Shown here: positions 50,212-57,670 of the stretch, one piece after another
How the letters are laid out: each line of letters begins with the position of its first letter
Numbering within the stretch: position 1 is the first letter of the stretch
DNA from: a virus
Taxonomy: Duplodnaviria; Caudoviricetes
Length of the DNA stretch: 57,670 nt
Reading direction: 5' to 3' (one strand)
IMG/VR virus record: IMGVR_UViG_3300011338_000368
Location: 1-57,670 of that record
The notes under the pieces: model-generated
What the model saw: the letters and a program-made list of their open reading frames with translations, nothing else
The model's database searches: none
Told to the model about the DNA's origin: nothing
Translations under genes and position numbers: made by a program

Positions 50212-50441
50212 TTTGCTTCCTCTGGTGATTTATAAAAAATACTTAACCCAGCAAGGACTACCGTAGCCATTTTGAAAATCCAAAAAATCCAATTATCAAC
50301 CTCTGTGCTTATTGTAAATGGAGCTTCGTGTAGTACGCTTAAAAATTGAGGCATAAATGCCGTTAAAGATGCTATCACACCACCTAACACAACCAGTGTC
50401 GTGTGTGATTCCTTGTTCCAGTTTGAAAATTTTATATCCAT
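50208..50441 (-). CDS. small membrane protein (holin/antiholin-like)
   Basis: Two transmembrane segments; coupled to the holin. Confidence 0.55.
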   Translation of the reverse strand: MDIKFSNWNKESHTTLVVLGGVIASLTAFMPQFLSVLHEAPFTISTEVDNWIFWIFKMATVVLAGLSIFYKSPEEAK

Positions 50442-50442
50442 A

Positions 50443-51177
50443 TTACCACATTGCGATTATTTCTGTTGCTGTTGTTGTTCCTGTCCCTGATGCACCGCCA
50501 GCCCCATCCGTGTCCCATACTTTTGTTACTAATACTGGTAAAGTTTGGTTCCCAGCAGAAAGTTTAAATACTACAGGCTCATCGTTCGCTAATGTAGTTA
50601 CTCTTACTTGATATGTAGCTACATTGAAACACTGAATAAACGCTCCTTCAGTAGGGGTTCCTTTATCGAATGTTCCTCCAACAACTGTAAGTGCTGGAGC
50701 TGCACTGTATCCACTTCCTTTATTCTCTATAACAAGCGTTAATTCCCCATTTATAGAATTATTTCCTCCTATTACAGCTTTTACTATTGCAACTGTTCCC
50801 ACCCATCTGTATCTTGCTGTTCCATCAAATATAGTATTACTTGATGTGTCAGTTGGAGGGGTTGTTGATGTAGTGCCGCTACCAGTAACTGTATATAAAT
50901 TAGCACCGTAAAATATTTGGCTACCAGATGTAATTGCAGTATTTGCTGCCCATTCAGTCCCTACAACAATCTGTGGAGGGTATATGTACCCTCTACCAGC
51001 TGTCCCGATAGTTATACTTGTTAAAGAGTTTTCTGTTAATGTTGCCGTTAACCCTGCTAATACTTGTTTTTTATATGGGTCTTTATTTTCTAAATAAGAT
51101 ATAAACTCAGTATCTGAAGGATTCCATGCCCTAGCTCTTGAATATACGTTTGTTAATTGCTGTTTATTTACTGCCAT
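50443..51177 (-). CDS. putative virion protein with inserted glycan-binding-like module
   Basis: C-terminal LPVLVTKVW..GT.TTAT.IIAMW core; internal G.GY...P repeats flank WAANT...G..Y...DGTARYRWVG. Confidence 0.65.
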   Translation of the reverse strand: MAVNKQQLTNVYSRARAWNPSDTEFISYLENKDPYKKQVLAGLTATLTENSLTSITIGTAGRGYIYPPQIVVGTEWAANTAITSGSQIFYGANLYTVTGSGTTSTTPPTDTSSNTIFDGTARYRWVGTVAIVKAVIGGNNSINGELTLVIENKGSGYSAAPALTVVGGTFDKGTPTEGAFIQCFNVATYQVRVTTLANDEPVVFKLSAGNQTLPVLVTKVWDTDGAGGASGTGTTTATEIIAMW

Positions 51178-51197
51178 TTTATGTTTTTGTTTTTAAG

Positions 51198-51476
51198 TTA
51201 TTTTTTACCACCCCTAGCTCTTCTATCCCCAGCGCTATCATTTTTATCTCCCCTATTTGCAGACGCACTCTTAAACCCGACTATTTTAGAATTTTTATGA
51301 ACCGCATCTTTACCATCGCCATTGCCATACGTTCCCTTCTCTCTATTAAATTTATTCAACTCAACTCTCTTCGCTACTTGAGATGGTGACTTTTGGTATT
51401 CTGCCTGATATTCCCTATGGCGTTTCCTTGCATCTGGATTATCTCTGTAAAACTTAGCTGTTCTTCCTATAGACAT
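51198..51476 (-). CDS. small basic protein (degenerate HNH-like)
   Basis: TAKFYRDNP.AR...GNGDGKDAVH...ANR. Confidence 0.65.
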   Translation of the reverse strand: MSIGRTAKFYRDNPDARKRHREYQAEYQKSPSQVAKRVELNKFNREKGTYGNGDGKDAVHKNSKIVGFKSASANRGDKNDSAGDRRARGGKK

Positions 51477-51480
51477 TTTG

Positions 51481-51499
51481 CAAATATAAGCTATCTTTG
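51481..51499. promoter_or_regulatory. back-to-back divergent TAnnTTTG promoter boxes
   Basis: Minus-strand TATATTTG (51488-51481) is 4 nt before ATG 51476; plus-strand TATCTTTG (51492-51499) is 6 nt before ATG 51506. Confidence 0.7.
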
Positions 51500-51505
51500 T
51501 GAAAT

Positions 51506-51955
51506 ATGAGATACGATAAAGAAAAACACAATTTCTTAAAGTACATAATTTTAATTAAATCCACAATAAAAGCAAAACACGACTTAAATGAAGATGATTT
51601 AGGCTTAATTTGCTTCTTATTCCACGAGTCTTACTTCACCGAAGACACGTTTAACCAAGCACAAAAAATCCTTCCATATAGGTTCGGAAGGCTAAAATGG
51701 CTCCTAAAAAACGGACTTCTTTATGTTTTTAAGGATACCGACTCTAAAAGGACTAGGATATATGGACTTTCCCCAAAAGCAAAAGAAATCGTTACCGATT
51801 TCTATAGAATGCTTCTTGGTGAGACCCCAATAAATGATTTCTACCAAAAGAATAGTGTGTTTCCAAACTTTACCCCATTGAGAGCTAAGGGTTATAAGCA
51901 TAATTTCTCTCTAATTAATCAGGAGTACAAACTACGACATCGTTCTCCTTTATAA
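51506..51955 (+). CDS. winged-helix (MarR-like) transcriptional regulator
   Basis: HDL...DL.L.CFL....F...F...RL..LLKNGLL.VF......RIYGLSPKAKEIV; the only + strand gene in the late arm. Confidence 0.65.
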   Translation: MRYDKEKHNFLKYIILIKSTIKAKHDLNEDDLGLICFLFHESYFTEDTFNQAQKILPYRFGRLKWLLKNGLLYVFKDTDSKRTRIYGLSPKAKEIVTDFYRMLLGETPINDFYQKNSVFPNFTPLRAKGYKHNFSLINQEYKLRHRSPL

Positions 51956-52178
51956 TCGACTGCATTACACCATCTAGTCTGATATCAAATGCTGCTACTT
52001 TATCGTAGTAAACTATATCTCCTTCGTTGATGTGCTTAATTTCTGTTCCTACAAGTTGAACCTTTCCCTTAGAGTACCTCAAGTCGGCCAAGTCTGATGC
52101 TGTTAAAACCAACCCAGACTTACTCGTCTTCTCCTCTACTATTTTTTTTATCACTATGTACTTACCTAATGCTTTCAT
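51915..52178 (-). CDS. groS: co-chaperonin GroES (Cpn10)
   Basis: MKALGKYIVIKK..EE..SKSGLVL...GKV..VG....EGDIVYY...IIKENDVV. Confidence 0.88.
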   Translation of the reverse strand: MKALGKYIVIKKIVEEKTSKSGLVLTASDLADLRYSKGKVQLVGTEIKHINEGDIVYYDKVAAFDIRLDGVMQSIIKENDVVVCTPD

Positions 52179-52342
52179 TTACTTAAAATTTCATTTTTAC
52201 TGTTTATAAAATATTCTATACACTCTCCAATTCCGTTTGCTATACTTGCTAGTACAACAATTGTCCAAAGTAACGGGTTGTACTTATAGAACCCGTTACC
52301 GTCAGGCTTTACGCCTATGAATTTAAAAAAAAACTTACTCAT
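52175..52342 (-). CDS. 55-aa putative membrane protein between groEL and groES
   Basis: MSKFFFKFIGVKPDGNGFYKYNPLLWTIVVLASIANGIGECIEYFINSKNEILSK*; ATG overlaps the groEL end and TGA overlaps the groES ATG. Confidence 0.55.
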   Translation of the reverse strand: MSKFFFKFIGVKPDGNGFYKYNPLLWTIVVLASIANGIGECIEYFINSKNEILSK

Positions 52343-53924
52343 TTATTGCTCTTACGTTTGTTACAATGCAGTTTGTTGACAATATAGTCGTTGCAACACT
52401 AACAGCATTCTCTAGTGCGCTCTTTGTTACTTTTGTTGGGTCGATAATCCCGAACTCCATCATGTTCCCAAACCTCTCTTCTTTCACATCGTATCCAAAT
52501 CCTAAGTCTCTAAGAACCATTTCTTCCTCAGCCTTCTTCACATCCTTCCCTGCGTTTATCAGTATCTGCCTGAATGGGTACTGCATAGCCTCGCTTAGTA
52601 TCGCCCAAGCAATTCTGCCATCTTCATCGTCTCCGTAGGTCATCTCTTTACTGATGTCATACAAGGCTATTCCACCACCAGACAGGATACCGTCTTCTAT
52701 CGCTGCCTTTGTTGCACACACCGCATCATCAACCCTGTCTCTCTTCTCCTTTAGCTCGATGTCTGAGTTTGCACCAACCGTAATCACTGCAACACCACCC
52801 TTTAGGTTTGCAATCCTTGATGCGATGTAGTTCTTCTCGTCTATGTTATCCTTCTCTGCCATCTCGATTTCTAACCCCTCTATTCTTTCTGGTAACGACT
52901 TCTCATTGGCTTCATCGTCTGTCATGATAATCGTATGCTTCAATCCAACGATAACTCTCTTAGCCTTACCTAAGTCTGTTGTCTTTACCAACTCCAAGTT
53001 ATCCCCAGTTCCTTCGCTGATGTACTTACCGCCAACGTATGCTGCGATGTCGGCCATCTCTTCTCCCTTTTTGTAACCAAAGTTAGGTGGTATGATTGAA
53101 CAGATTTTAATTATACCTCTTTGCACGTTTGTGTTCAATGCGTTAAGAACCTGCTCGCTTACCTCACCGATGATTAGTATTGGTCTGTTCTCGCTCATGG
53201 CATGCATCAACAGGTGCTCTATTGAAGCCACTAGGTTAATTTCTAGGTCTGCAACCAAGATGTAAGGGTTTTCAAGGATGCACTCCTGTGTCTTTTGACT
53301 GTTGATGAAGTACTTACTTGCCCATCCCCTGTCAACCTTCATTCCTTTTATCGTTGTGCTGTACGTCTTGGCACCAGTGCTGTTCTCTACGGTAACAACA
53401 CCACCGTCACCAACGCTTTCGTATGCAGCTGATATAATACCCCCTATTTCTTCATCGTTATTCGCACTAATGGCGGCAACGTATTTTAACGTATCCCCAC
53501 TAACCTTTACAGATGTTTCGTCTAGTTTTTTCTCAACTTCTTTGGCTGCCTTACGGATGTGTCTCATTACCTCCGTCTTGTTCATGTGTGGTTTTAGTTT
53601 AGCCTCAGATTCCAGTACTATCCCTTGTGTTAAGACGATACTCGTTGTTGTTCCATCTCCAGCTGTTACTGCGGTCTTATCGGCAGCCTGTTTCATCATG
53701 ATTACAGCTAGGTTCTCTGTAGGGTTCATCAGGTTGATGCTGTTTGCAACAGTTACACCATCCTTTGTTATTGTTAACCCGCCTACATGAAACTCTGATT
53801 CAATCAACACAGTGTTACCCCTTGCTCCTAGTGTGCTTTTTACTGCGTCTGCTATTGTGTTTATCCCTTTTAATAAAGAGTTCTTTGCTTCCTGTCCAAA
53901 GTGGACTTGTTTTACTATTGCCAT
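52335..53924 (-). CDS. groL: chaperonin GroEL (Cpn60)
   Basis: ADAVKSTLG, ITKDGVTVA, AGDGTTTS, GGVAVI.VGA, E.K.RVDDA..AT.AA.EDGI..GGG, GIIDP.KVT.SALENA.SVA; no GGM tail. Confidence 0.95.
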   Translation of the reverse strand: MAIVKQVHFGQEAKNSLLKGINTIADAVKSTLGARGNTVLIESEFHVGGLTITKDGVTVANSINLMNPTENLAVIMMKQAADKTAVTAGDGTTTSIVLTQGIVLESEAKLKPHMNKTEVMRHIRKAAKEVEKKLDETSVKVSGDTLKYVAAISANNDEEIGGIISAAYESVGDGGVVTVENSTGAKTYSTTIKGMKVDRGWASKYFINSQKTQECILENPYILVADLEINLVASIEHLLMHAMSENRPILIIGEVSEQVLNALNTNVQRGIIKICSIIPPNFGYKKGEEMADIAAYVGGKYISEGTGDNLELVKTTDLGKAKRVIVGLKHTIIMTDDEANEKSLPERIEGLEIEMAEKDNIDEKNYIASRIANLKGGVAVITVGANSDIELKEKRDRVDDAVCATKAAIEDGILSGGGIALYDISKEMTYGDDEDGRIAWAILSEAMQYPFRQILINAGKDVKKAEEEMVLRDLGFGYDVKEERFGNMMEFGIIDPTKVTKSALENAVSVATTILSTNCIVTNVRAINE

Positions 53925-53925
53925 A

Positions 53926-54288
53926 TTAGAATACTTTTTTTTCGTCTTCGACTACTGTCTTTGTTTTTTTAAATACTTGTACGTTTTCTATCTTGGTTCC
54001 ATCCCCAGAGAAGTCTAGTGATACCATATATGGTGAGTACTCAGACTCTAAAGCTACCCAACTACCACTTCCATCTGAGAACATGTCGTATCTTACTTCG
54101 TGTTCACAACTATCGCTTCCCATAAGGTTTCTCCATACTTGTCTTAGTAGCAACTCTGGTTCAACAACCTCGTCATCGTCTAGTCCTTCAACTAGTTCTA
54201 GTGCTTTCTTTAGACCTGCACGGTGAAGCATCTTACCGTTTTCGATTTCTAGTTTCAGTCTTACTGATAATTTTTCTCTGTTTATCAT
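53926..54288 (-). CDS. hypothetical protein
   Basis: 120-aa ORF directly upstream of groEL. Confidence 0.65.
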   Translation of the reverse strand: MINREKLSVRLKLEIENGKMLHRAGLKKALELVEGLDDDEVVEPELLLRQVWRNLMGSDSCEHEVRYDMFSDGSGSWVALESEYSPYMVSLDFSGDGTKIENVQVFKKTKTVVEDEKKVF

Positions 54289-54310
54289 ATTGTTTTAATT
54301 TAATTTAATT

Positions 54311-54583
54311 TTATTTAACCATGTCAAAATATTCTAGCACTTCATTAAAAGCCATTGTTATATCCTTTGATGTGTATTTAATGTCATCCTCTGTTCCTAT
54401 TCTCCATTTCTGGTAGTGGGATAATACATTTATCGCATCTATCGGCTTTTTATTTCCGAGATATGATTCGGATATCTGTTCGTAGTCAAACTCCATTATG
54501 TATCCATTATCATTTAACCACTCCAAAAACTTAACTATATTTTTCTTTGTATTTAATTCTTTTACTGCTGTCATCTTATCCAT
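54311..54583 (-). CDS. hypothetical protein
   Basis: 90 aa, AI.VL..YQKWR.G motif. Confidence 0.65.
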   Translation of the reverse strand: MDKMTAVKELNTKKNIVKFLEWLNDNGYIMEFDYEQISESYLGNKKPIDAINVLSHYQKWRIGTEDDIKYTSKDITMAFNEVLEYFDMVK

Positions 54584-55097
54584 TTATCCAGTGATTGTTT
54601 TCTTTCTCCCACCAAAATGTTAAGTCTTCCGTTTCGTTGTCATAGAACTCCCCAACAAAGTCAGACTTGAACGCTGAGTGCTCGTTCTCAAACAAAGCAA
54701 GCGTATATATTACATTCGGTAGGTTTAACTTTGTTTTAAGGCATTCTATTACAAACTTATAGTTTGAACCTCGAATAACACCAGCCTCAACTAAAAGTAT
54801 CTTCTTGTTGTTCAGCTTGTAGTGATACAGGCTTAATAAAGACGATAGCTCATATAGATACTTTACATCCCATGTTTCATCGGGGTATGGAACGTCTATT
54901 CCAAAACCATCGCAAACCTCTCCATCCTTTGTCAGTGCGTGTCGTAACAGCTGGCCAACGTTGGATGAATAGTCTGTCGATACGGTTACTATTACCGTAT
55001 TGCTTGCATTAAAGTTTCCTGTCATTAGTCTCTCTGCTAAGTCTAGTGTTAATGCGGTTTCTCGCTCCTGCGAAATAAGGTATTCTTTTCTATCCAT
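54576..55097 (-). CDS. phosphoribosyltransferase-fold protein
   Basis: KKILLVEAGVIRGSNY resembles a type I PRTase PRPP-binding loop; C-terminal SDFVGEFY...LTFWWE. Confidence 0.55.
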   Translation of the reverse strand: MDRKEYLISQERETALTLDLAERLMTGNFNASNTVIVTVSTDYSSNVGQLLRHALTKDGEVCDGFGIDVPYPDETWDVKYLYELSSLLSLYHYKLNNKKILLVEAGVIRGSNYKFVIECLKTKLNLPNVIYTLALFENEHSAFKSDFVGEFYDNETEDLTFWWEKENNHWING

Positions 55098-55103
55098 TTT
55101 ATT

Positions 55104-55271
55104 TTATTTAATTGAAATGTTTTTGTGGTACCTTAGTTTATCGTCGATTATCTTTAAGGTATCTTTAATCAACTCATCCGAAAACTGCTTTCTATCTCCT
55201 TCGGAGTTTAAGTTACGCCACCCATAATCTTTTTCTAGTATTATCTTAATGTTTGCTACTGTAATCTTCAT
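55104..55271 (-). CDS. hypothetical 55-aa protein
   Basis: MKITVANIKIILEKDYGWRNL...NISIK*, below the ORF-track cutoff; fills the gap. Confidence 0.55.
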   Translation of the reverse strand: MKITVANIKIILEKDYGWRNLNSEGDRKQFSDELIKDTLKIIDDKLRYHKNISIK

Positions 55272-55291
55272 AGTTTACCACTTTACTTTTA

Positions 55292-55579
55292 CTACCATTT
55301 GACCTCCGATGACCAATAAGCCGCACTCATTTTTCCTTTTGCTATATTTGCTGCGTGTCTAGCTTTAAATGCTTCCCTCCTGTTCTTATACGCCTCTGAC
55401 TCTCCTTCCTTCTTTGGAGACCCAGTAACACCCTGCTGGCCAAATCGTATTGTCTTAATCTTGTCTCCTTCCTTTGCAACAACGATGTGTGACTTCGTTG
55501 GATGAGACGGTGTCTTCTTTGGTTTATTGTAACCCTCCACCTTTGCTCTTACTAGTCGTGAATCCTTTTTACTATCCAT
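55292..55579 (-). CDS. conserved basic phage protein
   Basis: GYNKPK.TPSHPTKSHIVVAKEGDKIK.IRFGQQG...RR.AFKARH...SAAYWS..KW. Confidence 0.75.
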   Translation of the reverse strand: MDSKKDSRLVRAKVEGYNKPKKTPSHPTKSHIVVAKEGDKIKTIRFGQQGVTGSPKKEGESEAYKNRREAFKARHAANIAKGKMSAAYWSSEVKW

Positions 55580-55583
55580 ATTA

Positions 55584-55802
55584 CTATTTGATTTGATTGT
55601 CTACGTATACTTCCCAGTCTGTTGCTAGGATATCTGTCGCTGGTATGCTATAGTCCCTGCGTAGCCTAAACTCTTTCGAGTGGTACCTAAACCTTGAGTT
55701 TAACTTTTCTATCTCTAAGCAAATATAGTCATCTTGCTTCCAACACGCTCTGCGTATCCTACCGCCATTCTTTATACTCGAAAAGATTAAATTAAATTCC
55801 AC
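55584..55802 (-). CDS. DUF2829/Tad2-like protein (candidate anti-defence nucleotide sponge)
   Basis: (M)EFNLIFSSIKNGGRIRRACW...YI...DILATDWEV; GTG 55802 lies 4 nt after TATATTTG. Confidence 0.65.
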   Translation of the reverse strand: MEFNLIFSSIKNGGRIRRACWKQDDYICLEIEKLNSRFRYHSKEFRLRRDYSIPATDILATDWEVYVDNQIK

Positions 55803-55820
55803 ATGGCAAATATACACAAA

Positions 55821-56135
55821 CTATTCATTCTGTAAAATATGATTTTCGTCATACTGTACAACGTGCATCTTCACTCCTTGGTTTTTGTGTTTAAACCATA
55901 GGCCGAATTTATACATCCTGTCATCGAATATCTCACTCTCCGACCAGTACTCATACGAACCGTCTGGGACAACATAGAATGTCGATTGGCAGTTCATTAT
56001 CGATGGATAGATTTTAGTAACCAACTTTTGCATCCTAATCGGTTGTAGGAATGCTTTCAGTTTCTCCCTGATTAAGCGGAGCGTATCGTAGTCTAAACCA
56101 GTGAAAATATATGTCTTATTTATGATGATTCCCAT
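55821..56135 (-). CDS. hypothetical protein
   Basis: 104 aa, N...TF.V.PDGS.E.W.ES...D motif; first gene of the minus arm. Confidence 0.65.
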   Translation of the reverse strand: MGIIINKTYIFTGLDYDTLRLIREKLKAFLQPIRMQKLVTKIYPSIMNCQSTFYVVPDGSYEYWSESEIFDDRMYKFGLWFKHKNQGVKMHVVQYDENHILQNE

Positions 56136-56162
56136 GATGCAAAATTACACCAAAAAAACACT

Positions 56163-56269
56163 CTGCGTCGAAATGTCGACTTTTTTCCCATATACCGTAT
56201 AATATTTTTTATATATTTATATTTTTTTTTAAAATGATTTAGTAGTTAAAACTCGACATTTCGACGCAG
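56163..56269. repeat. 17-bp perfect inverted repeat around an AT-rich core (candidate origin)
   Basis: CTGCGTCGAAATGTCGA (56163-56179) / TCGACATTTCGACGCAG (56253-56269). Confidence 0.8.
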
Positions 56270-57610
56270 CCTTAGGGAGAGTAAGCGTTAACTAAAAATT
56301 AATCGACATTTGCCTGTCATTTTTTGTCATTTTTGCCAGTCATTAACATAATTATTGGTTAATACACCCACGCCAACGACCGACCTCGTTAACGAAATGC
56401 AAATTAAAACAGCCACGGGGGTTCTGTTAACGAACCGTTATGTTAAAAAAAACCTAAAAATGTCAACTTTGCGTCGATATTTTTGAGATTTGTGTCGAGA
56501 TTTTTTCCGACAACAACCGACAACAAACGGCTAATTATCCGACAACAAACGGTTATTTTACCCCACCAAAAATGACATATGTCATTCCACATTTCAGTAC
56601 GAATATCCGTACACAATTTGCATCGAACCACCAAGATATTTATGCTGAGATATATCATATCGTAACATGATTTATATCACAACAAAATGTTTGGTTATAT
56701 CATATTACAATAAATTAACATAGGTTATGAAATTTGAAACCGTGACAAAAATCACTGAAATAGATTTGTTTGTGTAATAGATTATGTGTAGTCGTACTGA
56801 ATTTACTCTTACAAATGATTATTGTTACACATGATGAATATCATTACAAATTATTTTTTTCTATGGATGCTTTCCCTTATTGTGGGCAAAACCTCCAAAA
56901 AAACACTAAAAATAAGTTTGAAAAATTAAAAATTCAATACTATATTAATCAATTATTACAACTAACTACAAATTAAATAGTTAACATTTGTTAAGGAAAA
57001 ATATTTTTGTTCACCATAAATTAACTAAATATTACCTAACATTTGTTATCTTTTCTTTCGTGGTCTAAAAAACTTCGTACCTTGAAACGCCTATAAACAC
57101 TACGTTTCGTACTCATTAACAATTCATTTACCAAAATAAATGTGTGCAATTGATTGCAATATGAAAAATGTTTGCATCTTTACATCGCATTCAAGCAAAC
57201 AACGAATAAAAAAAAGAAGCTCTTACCCACGATTGAATGCATCTTATAATAATAGCCTACTTTAGCAATAGCCTACTACCTTATATAAGATTAATAATAA
57301 CGCTAGCAATACACGAAACAAAGTAATGTAGTATAATAGTTTACTAGCTATATATATCAAAGCAAAAAAAATCTAGTAATGGTTAGGTAAGTTAACCAAT
57401 GTAAAACTTTCCACCTCCGCAATACAGGCATTATAAAGAATGAGGTAAAAATACGCATCGTAACGCAAGTGAGGTGTGCAAGTAGTTAAAAAAGTACACA
57501 TATATAAGTAGCATCTATATATGTGTATAAAACAATACAATCCACATTCATAGAATATCGTTGTAGCATCGAATGCAAATGTGGATTCTAACTAATAAAA
57601 TAATAATAAT

Positions 57611-57670
57611 ATGAAATCAAAAGGTTTAACAAAGTACGAAAAATTTGCCATCAATAAACGCCTAGATAAT
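57611..57670 (+). CDS. 5' end of a CDS truncated by the window edge
   Basis: ATG after an A-rich leader; MKSKGLTKYEKFAINKRLDN is open to the window end. Confidence 0.5.
   Translation, partial: MKSKGLTKYEKFAINKRLDN

Noticed and set aside
10548-54226. Numerous + strand ORFs of 60-175 aa inside the minus-strand arm, and minus-strand ORFs within 1092-9312
   Set aside because: These are antisense shadows of long real genes with S/F/L-biased composition. Only 51506-51955 has independent support.
56507-56553. CCGACAACAA repeats as a mini-CRISPR array
   Set aside because: The repeats are too short and irregularly spaced, with no spacer-sized unique intervals and no cas genes.
56443-56976. ORFs 56443-56658 (-) and 56770-56976 (+)
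   Set aside because: Non-ATG starts, atypical composition and location in a repeat-rich regulatory region; not supported as genes.
57539-57587. AATCCACA/TGTGGATT as DnaA boxes
   Set aside because: Only a partial match to TTATCCACA; better explained as the arms of a hairpin.
56136-57610. tRNA genes in the long non-coding region
   Set aside because: No cloverleaf or TTCGA T-loop in a suitable stem context was found by eye. tRNAscan-SE would be definitive.
1-57670. Alternative genetic code (stop-codon reassignment as in some crAss-like phages)
   Set aside because: Core genes are full length and densely packed under the standard code, with TAA, TAG and TGA all used as stops.

Overview
This window is an AT-rich segment of a lytic tailed (podovirus-like) bacteriophage genome, probably most of it. 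The host is almost certainly a Bacteroidota/Flavobacteria species: TAnnTTTG promoter boxes, A-rich non-SD translation starts, a VirE-N/BT4734-type primase and crAss/Cellulophaga-phage-like virion genes all point that way. The + strand (1-9749) carries recombination and replication genes: RecE-like exonuclease, SSB, primase-helicase, an SF2 helicase fused to VRR-NUC, two stand-alone DnaA domain-IV proteins and small accessory ORFs. The - strand (56135 down to 9746) carries a Tad2/DUF2829-like gene, GroEL/GroES, lysis genes, a metallophosphoesterase, endonuclease VII, a tandem-GroES protein, an intein-containing terminase, portal, scaffold, major capsid, tail/ring/fibre genes, ejection proteins and a 4211-aa polyvalent protein. 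A 1.5-kb non-coding region (56136-57610) holds inverted repeats and hairpins. The most notable observations are: (1) effector modules in the giant protein are delimited by a repeated DNA/peptide junction (IKSKQS); (2) an integron-like attC cassette sits in the early region; (3) about ten genes have the TAnnTTTG box 4-6 nt before the start codon, suggesting systematic leaderless mRNAs; (4) one 53-aa glycan-binding-like module recurs in three unrelated virion proteins; (5) the phage encodes a Cpn60 + Cpn10 + Cpn20-like chaperonin set. All functional calls rest on motif recognition by eye, with no database searches.
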